Positions 26,646 to 39,576 of a stretch of 64,000 bases of DNA are shown one piece after another. The position numbers were made by a program, and so were the translations under genes. The notes beneath the pieces are model-generated. The model had not been told where the DNA came from, did no database searches, and worked only from the letters and a program-made list of their open reading frames with translations. The DNA comes from Fistulifera solaris (lineage: Eukaryota): the NCBI GenBank assembly GCA_030295235.1, contig AP026172.1:1-64000 (forward strand), in the 5' to 3' direction. Each line of letters starts with the position of its first letter. The stretch's first letter is position 1.

Positions 26646-28919
26646 CTAGTTTCCTGAAGATGTTTTCATAGCTTTGAGCAATCGGTCAGCAAAAATAACT
26701 CCATCTGAACTATCTATATAAGATTTTGCTGGAACGTCAAACGGTTCGATCGCAAATAGGGACGACGGCTTCGGTGATGGGTGGAGATTGTAAACATAGT
26801 CGCACAATGCGTGTAATGAATTGCATTTCGTTGGCGAACCAATTGCCCAAAAGTCCCAATACGACTCATCTGACCGATTGAGACATCCGACCAGGATATG
26901 TTTGTAGCCACAACTGGGATCAATAGGGCAGTCCGTAAAGCGAATGAGCTGAGCTTCCGTTGCTGGATCCCAAACATGACAGGAGAATTCTGCAGTAGTA
27001 ATGAACGCTATTGTTTGAACTCTCATACCCACGCGGTGCAATTCCAGTTCAATCATTTTACGAGTCATTGTGGCACTGCGATCTCGCGACTTCGTGTGAT
27101 GTTGATCAACAACGTCAACGCGCTGACCCCGTTCATCTAAGAACAATGCCATGACATCACCTTTCTTGCATCGAATGTCTATGACCAAACTGATCAGTCG
27201 TGGACAGTAATCAAGCAAATGAATACATGTACCTGGTTGCATCCACGCTGTCCGTGAAACACTAAAAGGATCTTGTATGATATCGCACGCACACATGTGC
27301 AGCATTGGTATCAAAGCCCCAAGATCCGATATGATTGGAAAAGATTTCATTAAAGCCATCATTTCAAATCCATTGGATTCCAAGGTGATTCGACCAAGCA
27401 AGGTGATTTGACTCGCTGGAACTTTCATCCGACCAAGACCTATTCGCTCTTCCAAACGGCAGGTCGCAGGTTCTGACGAGTCATTCACCACAACAAAAAG
27501 AGAGCCGCTACCGACTCCGGGAGATTCTTCAAATTGCACCGCAATGAAGTAGATTGGCGTTCGAGTGATCCACTCTTGTTTGTATGAGACAAATCGCTCA
27601 AGCATTCATCCCACTGGACCAGCCCATGCTTCTTCGTTATTGCAATAGCCGAGATAGGAAGACTACAATGCCAGTAGCACGAGGTAGGTATATTCTTTAA
27701 AACCGAACCAGCGTCTAAGTCATGCATTGTAGACCCCTCTAGTGTAATATATGCACAGACTTCAAATGGTGAATCTTCTATCGAGAAAAACCAAGATGAT
27801 TCTGTGGTGTGCATAGGCAATGGTATCGACCCAAGAAATCGCGGACCATTGTAAATACGGAGCTCAATAGGTTTGTAATCCTCTTCATTTTTCAAAAATC
27901 CTTAGCCTCATCACACGACAGCGACATCTGTAATGTCACAGGTGAAACCGTGGTTCCCGCTATCGCTACTATCTGTGATACTTTTTCTGTCCACTCGTTG
28001 TGGGATGTCAAAGCGTACGCTTGATACCACAATTGTGACTTCGTCTGCATCCATTTTGAAGGGAAGAGCGCTTGTTGAAGTTCAATAGTGATTTGCAGTC
28101 CAGCTAGGGATCGTACAACAGTGCGGCGACGGGAAGGCGACTTTTTTGGACTAGAGGAGGAACTACTTTTCGTGAACTCCGTTGAGCATCATCACTGCTG
28201 TTTTGATGGCAACTCTCTGCACTGCTGCGATGCTGTCGAATCGACTGCTCTCCATGACTACCTTGAATGGATTGTGGTGTTTTGATTCTCTCCGACTCTG
28301 TACCAGCACTTTGGGATCTTTTAAGGATAGGCGGGGAAACAATTTGCAATTGTGCCGATGAATGCCGAGTCACCGGACGAGGTGTGACCGGAGTAGATGG
28401 ACCGGACGTCGATAGCGTGGGGACTTGGGCAACAACATCACCAACACGAGGCATACTAAGACGACGACGGGGACCGCCCGTGGATCGAATGGTACGACGA
28501 GAAAAGGGTGAGTCAGCAAGACTGCCGCGTCGGGGCGTGTGGTTACGCCCTGAATCAAAGCCACTCGCATTTCCTGTCGAGGAACGACGGTGCATCGATC
28601 GACGTGGCGACGAGCTGCGCCGCGGACTGACTCGTTCAGTCGCAAAAGTCGAATCGTGCGAGCCTCGGGTTGTACGTTGATGTCGCGAAATAGACGAACT
28701 CCTTCTTTGTGAACGTCTGCTCTCTGCTAAATCGCTTCTTTCCATGTCACTGCTACTTTTAGACGATATTGACCTCGATCGCGCAGCTCGTGACCTTTCT
28801 CTCCCAGGCTCAAATACTTCACCAGGCAGCCCGTCATCTTGGCACTCAATCGAAGTACTTCTCGGCTTTTTATCGGATTGATTCGAGCACAAAGCCGAAG
28901 GGCTTTCTTTGGCTGCCAT
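26646..28919 (-). CDS. C2-TerD-TerD protein, paralogue C (shortened and diverged)
   Basis: S/R-rich N-terminus; C2 remnant IELRIYNGPRFLGSIPLP; ISDLGALIP linker, RTAWMQPGTCIHLLDY, VDVVDQHHTKSRDRS...IELELHRV align with paralogue B. Confidence 0.65.
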
Positions 28920-29470
28920 GTATTCTCTAGCTGATCATCTTTCACCATATCGGTCGACACCATCTCTTCAACCTCAATTCAGAAGCGCTTTGCCAGCAAA
29001 GAAAAACTGTTGCAAGAAAAATTATTGGTGATGCCAATAGAAAGAAAAGCCGAGAACAAGATTGATGTAAAACCAAACATCGACAAAGACTCTCTTCTTT
29101 CTTTCACAGGTCACCACAACTCGAAACCATTTAAAATTCAAATCTTAATAATGTCTCATCACGTCTCGAAGCATTATCAAATGCTCTACTCTCACGATCG
29201 CGAGACTGCGCAACCAAGGAACACCGCAGAAGCACAGTGGCTAGAAAAGTACTATTAATTTATCTTCTGAAGGCCGCGAGCATAAGGCCCACACCGTAGC
29301 CGATGGCAAACGTTAGTCGTGTCGTACTCGTGAAATGTTAGGCCGTTCATCTACACAAATCCGACGTGTCTAAAGAGTTTAGCCAAGAGTCGATTAAGTC
29401 GAGAAGTTTCTTTAGAATAGTAGGTTATTAACAATTACTAGCTTTAATATCACAAGGAGGGTTTAGTTCG

Positions 29471-30282
29471 CTACTTAAAGTAGCTATCGTCGAGGCGTTG
29501 AAGGCCAATCAAAATGTACTTCTTCTGCGCTTTTTGCCGTAACAAGGGAGGCTTCTCCCGGCTTAATTGTTGCATGGATTGCGCGTGACGGGCCAGACGT
29601 CGAGCGGCGGGTGATTCAAGTGTTTCTGAGACTTGTGGGGATGCCGAACCTATTTTCGTCATGCTCAGACGGCGCCGTGGAGGTAATTCGGTTCCACTCG
29701 TGCGACGACGCTCAACAGAAGCTGTGCGTCTACGCCGGGGTTCCACGGAAGAAGAACGTCGAGCTCTTCGTGGTGTTTCTGAAGCAACTTCTGCTGCTGA
29801 TGGAGAAAGAACGAGAAATTCTTGCTCTAGTTTGACAGCCGAGGACGTTCTCCGTGGCCGACGACGGGGACTGCGTTTCGAAGATTCATTTGATTCGTTT
29901 GTTTCATTGGAGTGATTCGTGCATGTCGACATTCTCCGCCTCGGACGTCTAGGGATTGTTTTTCCTCTTGTTGATAAGGAGAAACGAGTGGTGAGCAACT
30001 TTGTATTTGCTTGAGTTTTTCTTTCGTGAGAGTATGCACATCTCGTTTCGGCGTCTGAAAAGAGCTTTTATCCACGCCTGTACTCCATTCTCCTGAAGAA
30101 TCAAAGGGAAAGTCATCTTCAAACGCACTAACAGAATCAGAATGCACTGTCGACGGAGTAGAAACAAAGAAGTCGTCGGCTTTTGATCGAGGTGTCGAGG
30201 GCGTAACAGACCCTCGTTTCTCGCGAGGTGTTGTTACAGGGCGCGGCCTGCTGCGACGACAGCGCGGTGTAAGTGGATCCAT
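29471..30282 (-). CDS. Stand-alone Ser/Arg-rich low-complexity protein
   Basis: MDPLTPRCRR start plus frameshifted continuation with RRMS, RRTS, RRSS, RRLS motifs. Confidence 0.55.
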
Positions 30283-31050
30283 GGTGTCTGCAACAATTGC
30301 TCTGTCGAGCCGATTATTGTTGATTTTGTTGTTGCTCTTGTTGATTGATGGATGAATGTTCATGTTTCAAGCCCACCATCGCTGGTTACTGGTGTGTGGG
30401 CGAACTTTGTGCGTCACGTCTTATTGTGTCAAGGGAAATGAAGGAAGGTCTTGCCGGTAATCTACTGGGTAATATGAGTTTAGCGTACTTAGGATAATAT
30501 TCTTAAGCCTCCTATCCACAATAGCTTCATTTGTAGCTCCGAGACATACCAGTGATTATCTGGATTTAACTTCGTTTGCAACTTGAACTTCCCACATGGT
30601 ACTATCTACTACGACCAATGGGTACGTAGTACGTAGTACCTTCATGACTACAACTACTGGGTGATAATGACCAATGACCCTCTTGCGAACTCGAGACGAA
30701 AAATCAAAAACGAAGGTGAGTTTATTGTTTGTTCATCCGTTTCATCCGTAAGAATCATCGAGGCAAACGTTGCATTGTGGCCAATAGACTCGAAAAATCG
30801 AAGGAAAAGTTTGTTCCATTATATCCCCAAAATTTAGATAGAGACTATGTTCAGGCTTCTGGTTCGTTTTTGAAGATCGTTCTGGGAGTGTCGGTTCATG
30901 CTTTTCAACATTATGTTGAACGACGTGCCATTGATAATGCCCGAATAAAGAGAATCTATTGTAATCGTCAAAGCAAGATATTGACCATCATCAACGCGAG
31001 TGTTGGGACTCTCACGGTATAATTGATGAGGTCGAACCAAGCCCATATCC

Positions 31051-31131
31051 GGTAAGGACGTTAAAATTCTGTCTCCAGTACAAGATTCTACGTAGCCTCC
31101 ACGACGAGGCAGAATTTTAACCCCGTTTCCC
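31051..31131 (-). mobile_element. About 80-bp MITE-like hairpin element, copy 2 (reverse orientation)
   Basis: Reverse complement of the 6431 and 49703 copies with a few substitutions. Confidence 0.8.
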
Positions 31132-31584
31132 GGGCTCTCCCTCTGCCGATAAATTTCTTAACGAAAGCTACGTGAAATGTACGCAGACATTCGAAGCGTT
31201 GTATCTTTCATGCTTTTTACGTATTGTAATCAATTTAACATCGATTATCATCTATCGGTACAAAATATCCATAGTGGTGAAAGCGATGCTGGCATTGGTG
31301 CTCAAAAGACCTGAAAAGTGGCAAGATCGAATCTAGCCAATATCCGGGTTTTCCTCTGGTCGACTGTCGATAAATATCTCTAGGAGGCCTACGTGTAATC
31401 TACGTAGACATGTATTCCAAGCGTTGCATCTTTCATCCTTCTCGACGTTCATTGAGTTCGAATGGATGTCAAAGAATGATAATGACCTCTCTTATTCATA
31501 TCACTCTCCTTTCTCCTTGCTTCAAATAGACGAATAGAGATCCTTCTTGCGCAGGATAAGAAACTAAGATTGTCTGAAATCGCA

Positions 31585-33961
31585 ATGTCTTCTCAAACAG
31601 TCTCAAGACGGCCACGGCCTCGACGACATCCAGTTCAAAAGAGATCGCAACATGTACCCGGAAATAACAGCGGTCACGAAGACATCACTGGCGATATTAG
31701 TCCTAAAGATCGGCACGAGGACGCAGCATTAGCATCGGGAGTTACACACACCTCCCCTCGAAGACGTCTTGTAAGTCATCATCACAGTCTTCGTCGGAAA
31801 TTTGATCGAAGTCCTGTTCGAAAAACGCATCATGGGACGCCAAAGCTGCCGCTGCAAGGATCATCGTTGCCACCGCCGCCTTCCTTGTCGCCGAAGTTTT
31901 CGTCCAAAACAAACGATAAAAGCTGCGACCATTCTCATAGCCGTGAAGAAAACAAATCGACAATTGCGACTGATCGACACAAAGTACGACGTCGTCCTGC
32001 TATCGGTAAACTAACAATTCGCGTCGCACAATTAAAAGCAGAAAATTTGATGCCTGTCACTTATCAAGTGCCCCTGGAGATTAAAGCGGATTCGGTCAAG
32101 AATATAGGAGAGACACTTGTCAATACACTCAAACAACCAACAAATCTAAAACGTGCTTTACGCAAAGCTCCAGATGCTCTCATGAAGACGCCAGCAGCTG
32201 TTGTTTCCAAAACATCCGATGCCCTTAAAAAATCTGCCGACACCTTTGTGCAACTGCATTATTTTGATTATGGTTGGAAGTCCGGCCCGAAAAGCTCTAT
32301 ACAAAAGCGAACCTGTTCACCTGAATGGTCGGACGAAGTGCTTGAACTGCAATTGGGGGCCGATTCAGCGGAAGCGTTGTTAAAAAGCGGAGAGCGTTTA
32401 GAGTTACGACTATGGAGTCATGATAATGTCGTGGGGGATTCGTTTTTAGGGAGCATACAAATACCATTGCTGCCCAAAGAGAAGGAGAAAAGGGCAACGT
32501 ACCGTGTTTTGAAGCGATCGCCCAATGATTCCTCGTTACAAAGTCACCACGCGACCGGAGAGTTGACTGCGTACGTTTCCTTGCACGCCGAAACCATGGT
32601 TGATCTGCATCGCGGAGAAAGTTTTCCTTTGCAGCAATCAAAGATCACTCTGGGCGTTTCTTGTCGTAAGAACTGTTTTGAGAGCAGTATGGTCGTTCTA
32701 GATCAAGAGGGTTTTGAGAGCAGTATGGTCGTTCTAGATCGAGAGGGTACTGTTATGTGGGACGAATGTGCTTATCACGATCACTGCGTTACAGACGCTA
32801 TAAGCATTGCTTACAACGATTCCGAATCAAAAGATCTGCACTATTATCACATGGATCGTTGCACCATTGATGTAGATTTACATAACTTGCCAGACAAAGC
32901 GGTAGCGCTGTTTCTTATTGTTTATGTGCCTTCCGAGGAAGCTCCACTCCAGCTAAGAATTTTAGAAACGGAATCCAGGACAGCACTAGCTCGCTACCTG
33001 CCCCACTTAGTGAAAGCGTCGCACACTGTCATCTTGACGAGACTAGCGCGGCACTCTGAGGGTTGGTTTATGGCACCGATTGGCGAGAGTTTTGTCCAAA
33101 TACAAGATTTTGGCAATTTAGTCCCCGTTATACATAGCTTTGCGCAGGATTTGATTACAAAACATCTCTGCTCGCATAATATTTCTGCCACGGCGGTGCT
33201 TCGTCGACAGAGACCGATGCTTTTAGGAAATGGCAATGAGGAGTGGAAGCTTCGTATATCTTGGGAGGAAAAACAAAATGACCACACAAATATGAACTTC
33301 GTCACGAAAGCTTTGCTACTGGACGGGGATTATCACACTATGGACCACGTCGATGCAAACCTACAGAGCTCTCTGAGAGGTGGCGTTGTATACATCAAAG
33401 GATGGCGTCCGAAACGCTTTGAAAAATTTGAGGACTTTCTTGTTGACAAAGTCGAGGCTATCAACATCCACGATGTGAATAACGACACGGGCGATTTTAC
33501 TGACGAATTTGCTCTGCATCTTTCCAAATTGTCAGGACGTGTACGTCATGTCTGCTTCAATATTTTATTGGCTAAGAAAGGAGAGCAAGCTGGTAGGAGC
33601 AGCATAGAAAAGGTGACCCTGCTCGTACACGACGAGTTGAGCAACACCGAGTTCGCGCGTTTTGTGTCGCCGGTCCGCAATGATTCAGGTCTGCTTGTCG
33701 TTTGTTTTTCTCGATGTGATATGGACAGTCAGGGAAGGTGATTGGGTTTTTGAAGTTGCAGCGATGGCAGCTGGTCCGTCTGATGTGGGGAAGCAATGGA
33801 AATGGTTCTTCGGAGAGAGTGGACACACTGAGCCGTATGCGCTCGTTCCCCAACAAAGCGCCAATTTAGATATGCTGTCCAGAGAGATTCCCTCTTTCAA
33901 TGTTGTAAACGCGACGCCAAAAATCCTTGCCGATGAAACTTTACTCCAATATCGGATCTAG
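31585..33961 (+). CDS. C2-TerD-TerD protein, paralogue D
   Basis: GKLTIRVAQLKAENL...KRTCSPEW...LELRLWSHDNVVGDSFLG; ITLGVS...WDECAYHD...IDVDLHNLP; IQDFGNLVP; LRISW...DHVDANLQSSLRGGV...FALHLSKL; frameshift near 33735. Confidence 0.75.
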
Positions 33962-34538
33962 ATCGGCAGTACATTTCGTGCGCATTTTTTCTGATCAGTT
34001 GCAGCACGCAAGAGTTTGCGTTGAATCTGGTATCGCTTCGTTCCAAACTATTGTTCTCGGACGTTTCTTCAAATTAATGATGCATAGTCTGGTTAGGTTC
34101 CTAGTTATTTGGCCCTCTTTACATAGTTATCATCAATGGCGCTGTTTTTTAGAAATATATCCGGGACTGCTATTCTATTGAGTCACCCATACAATGTCAT
34201 TGTCGTACCAGTGAGAAGGTTACCTCAGTGACCGTCATTTGCACAACATTAAGCCCGCGGTGAAATGTCGATATATTTAGTAGGGAAGCGACATCGCGAG
34301 CATCTCATTGTTCTACTTTCCTGTATTTACCGCGGCAACTCGATGTAATAATACCCAATCCCGTATGCCTGTACTGGTACAAGGTACTACGTATGCTCGG
34401 AATTAACCCGACGGATCAAATCAAACGCGCTCATCGCTCCTCGCGCCTCTCGCTGTGTCGAGAGAGAGCGCGTTTTCAGCACCATTCGTCGAAAGCTGTC
34501 TCTTGCCAAACACTAGCAACACAACAATTATTTAAATC

Positions 34539-35231
34539 ATGCGACCAGAGAGCTCTTACGTAGACGATTGGTGTATTTTTGAGGATGACGAGCCTAGCTG
34601 GAATGACGATTCGACGAGTTTTGGAATCGACTTTGTGGTTGCCGCCGATCCAGCTGCTAGTCCGCGTCGTCGAGTTCGTCGAGCATCTCTTGCTTCAAGC
34701 TTATCACATACACCGGATGTTTCTGATTCGGCGATAGGAGGAGGCAGAAGCGTCAAATCGGAGCAGGTGAGACCGTCAAAAACGTCTTCAAGGGCAACAC
34801 GTCGACTGTCCCTTCGTGGAAGTTCTACGCAGCCCTCTCGTCCAGCGCCTCCTCGATCACCCGTCAAGAAAAACGCACATCGCCGCAGTTCAATATCACA
34901 CACAAACGACAAACTATGCGAAAACATGGCATCATGCAGTCTCCTTGATCTCATGAAAGTCAATCACATCAGTGTCGACACGGCTTCCTCCAGTAGCGGC
35001 TCGGCCACGCCTCCTCCTCCCAAAAACCAGCAATCACAGTCCCCGACGACGAACCGTAGAAGAATACAACAGTGCTCAGAGCAGTCCCCGCCGCTCTTCC
35101 CCTCGACGCACTCGTCGGCTCGTTTCTATGCCGAAAGTGGGATCCGCCAATCCTGGATCGCAATCCAACGAGAATGCGTGTACGCGTCGCATGGCTCGTC
35201 GCATGTCCTTACAAGCATAGAGAATGCATAA
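34539..35231 (+). CDS. Stand-alone Ser/Arg-rich low-complexity protein
   Basis: ATG after an AC-rich leader; acidic DDWCIFEDD start; RRAS, RRLS, RRSS motifs; probable frameshift into RRLVSMPKVGS tail. Confidence 0.55.
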   Translation: MRPESSYVDDWCIFEDDEPSWNDDSTSFGIDFVVAADPAASPRRRVRRASLASSLSHTPDVSDSAIGGGRSVKSEQVRPSKTSSRATRRLSLRGSSTQPSRPAPPRSPVKKNAHRRSSISHTNDKLCENMASCSLLDLMKVNHISVDTASSSSGSATPPPPKNQQSQSPTTNRRRIQQCSEQSPPLFPSTHSSARFYAESGIRQSWIAIQRECVYASHGSSHVLTSIENA

Positions 35232-35776
35232 ATGTAAATAATTATAATTTTTAGGAGGATAGATTAAGAGACGCTAAGAGAGACGCCATGGTGATCTCGG
35301 TCTCATCGCTTGGTTCATCGACTCCTCGTCCCATTTTTTTATTGGGGTTAATTTCGCCTGCGCGCATCAGTATTACAAAGCCAGGAAAAGATCCTGTCGC
35401 TTGTCAACTTAGTACTAAAAAAATCGAATTCGTGACTCTGAGAAAGCGACACATTCAAAGCTTCAAAGTGTACCAGGTAGCGAACCCAATAATGGCCTTC
35501 GCAATTCGCAATCACGCTCAACCGCACACACACAACACACCTCTCTCATCATTCATCATTTCCAGGTACTCCGTACCAGTATCATTCATTGTCAAAGCCA
35601 CCTTCGAGGCAAACGTCAACTACTAACACTACAAAGTATATTATTTGCTGCTGATTGCAATTGAAACTAATTCCAGTTCAAGGGTGTGAGTTGTAACAGA
35701 TCGTGTAACGAAAAATTTGAACGCCAACAATCATCGTCTTCCTCACACACAACAACATGACACATTTGGACGAATG

Positions 35777-36982
35777 GATGTCACCAAAAAGAAGCTTTAC
35801 CTCGAAGAATCGTTTACTTCATCAACACAGGCGTCGGACGACTGGGAGGTCTTTCCATCATGGCATGAAACGATTCTCGTCTCTACAATACCAGAATCTC
35901 CAGTCAGTCGTCGTTCGTCGCTCGGATGTAATAATGTGCACAGCGTCAGTTCCTTCAGTTCGCAGCGACTTCTCTCTAAGCCTGTTGAGTCGCCTCGGAC
36001 GACACGTTCCAGTCGGCAGCCGCCTTCCTCGCGAACACCTCGACGTGTCTCGGCATCAACTAGTTCCTGTCCTCATTTGAAAGAAAAATCCCTCGATTCC
36101 ACCGCTTCCCCGATTTCTGTCGTATCGAGTCGCAACGTGTCACCCTCTCGCCGCCGACGACCTTCCGCAGTATCCACGTCCCAGATGTCGGCAGGAACGA
36201 CCGATACAATGGAAGCATCCCGTCATCTCCCCCGAAGCGAACAGCGTAGTAATGTTGACAGTGTTCGACATTCATTGCAACCCAAGCCAATATCGCAGCG
36301 ACAAGCCCAAGCGAACTCGGAATCTAGATCCAAACAAAAGAAACTCGCAACAATCGTAGTGAAGAAAAACGATTTGTCACCCACGGTAGCGGATAGAAAA
36401 GAGTCTCGCCGGTCCTCTTATGAGAGGCGTCCATCAAACAGAAAGAAAGAAAACGTCCAATCACTCAAGGATACACCACGACGGAAACCGGAAAAGCCCG
36501 AGGAGTCACCGCAAATAGCACACAAGAACGTATCGAGAGAAGCAACGAAAACAAGGCCAAATTCGAGAAGAGCTTCCATGACAGAGGGGGTCCCAAACGC
36601 TGCAGAGAAATTCGTTTCGAAACGAACAAGCGATCATCGTGGCATTAGCCGCCGTTCTGCGTCACCGCGTCGTCGACGTGAGTCGATGGCTTCCAAAGCA
36701 TCCCTGCATCGTTCTAGCAGTCGATCGAAATCACGCAGCAAGGCACGTCCTATGGATGTCTCGGGTGATTCTTCCGCGAGGAACAGCAAAAGTCCCCTGT
36801 GCACATCACGGCATCGCTTGTCGACAGGATTCGGCACTGACAATCAAGTTTGCAAACTCGTTGTGCGACAACTTCCTCATCAAGGCTCTCTTCGAAAAGG
36901 ATGCATCGAGATTTTGGAGAAGTCGGATCATTCAGTGCTTTCCCCCTCGTCCGTTTCCCAACGTCGCTATTCCGTGTTTTGA
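35777..36982 (+). CDS. Stand-alone Ser/Arg-rich low-complexity protein
   Basis: About 400-aa open frame; DDWEVFPSW near the start; many RRxS motifs. Confidence 0.6.
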   Translation, partial: DVTKKKLYLEESFTSSTQASDDWEVFPSWHETILVSTIPESPVSRRSSLGCNNVHSVSSFSSQRLLSKPVESPRTTRSSRQPPSSRTPRRVSASTSSCPHLKEKSLDSTASPISVVSSRNVSPSRRRRPSAVSTSQMSAGTTDTMEASRHLPRSEQRSNVDSVRHSLQPKPISQRQAQANSESRSKQKKLATIVVKKNDLSPTVADRKESRRSSYERRPSNRKKENVQSLKDTPRRKPEKPEESPQIAHKNVSREATKTRPNSRRASMTEGVPNAAEKFVSKRTSDHRGISRRSASPRRRRESMASKASLHRSSSRSKSRSKARPMDVSGDSSARNSKSPLCTSRHRLSTGFGTDNQVCKLVVRQLPHQGSLRKGCIEILEKSDHSVLSPSSVSQRRYSVF

Positions 36983-37387
36983 ACAAAGATAGAAGAAACG
37001 CATATATTCGTCTGAGGCGTCAGGAACAATGGAGACAATTTGAAATGAGCAAATGACGGTGAATGGATTCTAAGCTTTCGAATGCAATGAGGATGAGATC
37101 TCCGCGCCCCATGCTTAGCCAGTAGTACTGTCCAAGTGTGAATTCTGCAAATCATTCACGAGTTTATTGTTTTACTGTTTTTTTATAGTGTACCCGGTAC
37201 AGAGCCTAAAAAAGAGCCGTTTCAACTGTGATTGCTTCGATAAATGGATCGTTCCTTTTTTCCCGCTTTTTACTTGCAACAACATGCAACGCGATCGTCG
37301 CATCAATCTCTCGATTGCGAGAGCGGCGGCTCCGGCATTATCTCTCTCTCCCTTTGCGGTCTGCAATCCTTACATTTCAACTCAATC

Positions 37388-39266
37388 ATGAAGAATACAC
37401 AACAAGACGATGTCTCCTCGTCGGCCGGATCCAGCGTCGACGAAGACGTGTTTGCGGGAAACGATTGGTCCCCAGAATCATTGCATTCTTCAACGACGAC
37501 AACGAAGCCTCAGCAGCAACAGAATCAGCGACACAGCAAACAAAATGCAAAGACGACCGACTCATCCTTGTCTTCGAAATCTCGCAAGGTTACACGAACT
37601 CATTCGCAACTTCGTAATCTGGTCGTGAAATTGCTTTCTCCCGTTTTACGTTCGTCGAACGCAACACAAAGTTATCCCGCCGGTCCCGACAGGCCTCTGA
37701 AACGCACTGTGAAGGAAACGCAACAACCTCTGGAGAAGAAAGATAAAAATCGTCGACCTTGTAGCGGAGATTCAGCACCGCGACGTTCTGCGCCTCCCCA
37801 GAGTCGTCAACTTGCGCTTGCTGAAGAAAAGAAACAGTCACGGCGCGACTTGACGGCAAAGCAGCAGCACAAATCGATTGGTCGACTTTCGATTAGCAAC
37901 ACACCTCATCCCGAAGAAAATGTAGATACGAAACGAAAATCGATAGCAAATGGGACATCGGAGGGGGAAGAATACGGGTCGTCCTCGTACGTCATTTGTG
38001 ACGCAAGCCAGTGTCAAAAGAATGGGAACGGTACCTGCATTAAAGACTGTTTCGAAAAAGGACGTACCTCGATCCGATGAGATGATGAAACAATTCAAGC
38101 AATCGCCGAAACAAACTTCGAGACGTATAGAGCAGGGACTCGCCGCAGCAACTTCTATTCGACGCAGCCCTTCACCCAACAAAAAGCAAGCTTCGGATCG
38201 TAGACTCACCTTTGCCAAGACTCCGTCTCGTCGAACGATCAAAGAAGGACAACACGAGCCAGGTCAATCACGTCGAAAATTGGTAGAAGGCAGTGCTGCT
38301 CGGAGTGAACGCAACCTTATTCGCACGATGCCTTCGGCTGCACAGATCCCAACCCCGCCAATAACCGATACAGTAGATAATCGAGCAATACGGAAAGGAT
38401 TAGACGAAAGAACGAGTATCGCGAATAAATCTCGAAAGGAACTGATTCAGATGGCATCGCAACGACGCTTTTCGTCTTCCGGTACGGAAGATGTGTCGCC
38501 TCGGGAGCCGTCTCGGAGAGCCTTGACGAAAAGCCCCATTGCAAAAGATCGTGGAGCAAGGAAAGCGGTGCCATCCGTCAGCGATAAGCAACCGGATATT
38601 GAATGGAAGCCCGAAATCGAAGAGAGTTCCGGCCAAACAGGGTCTCCCGCACGCTCGAATGAATTGAAAATTGTTCAGGGAAGCGTCGTATCGCCCGATT
38701 CTCCCCCTCGTCAGGCACAACGGGTTTCCATGAGAACGATTGGTGCATCCTCTCTTTCGTTGCGCCAGATTCCGCAGATAATAGAGGAGAGTCTCTCCAG
38801 CGCGAGCCGTAGCAAAAGCAAAAAAGATCTTTCCCGCCGTGTTTTGCTGAGCTCGACGGGAAAATCTGAAGCCAGTTTCAAGTCGCAGCGTTCGGTGACC
38901 AAGAAGGGAAAAGATAGCAACCAAGTTGCTCGTCGAGACGTCGCTCAGCCACCGCGCGGCGCTCTCAAGAGAACTGACCCAGTGAAGAAGGAATCGACAC
39001 CGAAGCTGCTTCGCACAGAAGGTACGGCTATGTCGAGATCTTCTTCGAAAAAGAACGTAACAAATCGTACTGCTCGGCGCAGGTCTATCGACCTAAAGAC
39101 TAAATCTCCTCGGCGTCGTTCTGTCTCACCAACGGAACCTACCGAAAGCTCAGACTTTGACTACAGCCAGACAAAAATATACCCCTATACCGCCTCACCT
39201 ACAAGAATGATATCTTTCGCTCCGAACGTGTCCTCGAGAAGGAATATGAACTGGATCCAATTTTGA
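37388..39266 (+). CDS. Stand-alone Ser/Arg/Lys-rich low-complexity protein
   Basis: ORFs 37244-38080 and 37950-39266 joined by a frameshift; acidic start then basic RRxS-rich body. Confidence 0.55.
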
Positions 39267-39576
39267 ACAAGGTAAAATAGTTAGTCTGACAACTACGCTC
39301 AGTAACCTCGTAATTTTAGCTCTCAACTCATTGCATCAATAGTTTATGTATTTATCTTGTATCGTTGTTGCTGATTACAATTAAGGGTACCTGGTAGCAA
39401 TGAATTAGCGTCAATTTCCTTTCATCGTTTTGAATCTTTAGCTCGCTTTGGCTTAAAAATTTTACACTATATCCCTTCTTGTAGTTTCGTTCGTCACACC
39501 GGTCATAATGCATCTTCCGAACAAAAGTCTCGTCCATTTTCGTTCTTCACTCAACTTAACAGCAGCAGGGAGGAGG

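Noticed and set aside
24259..38924. Long antisense ORFs opposite the Ser/Arg-rich genes
   Set aside because: Expected shadows of low-complexity coding sequence
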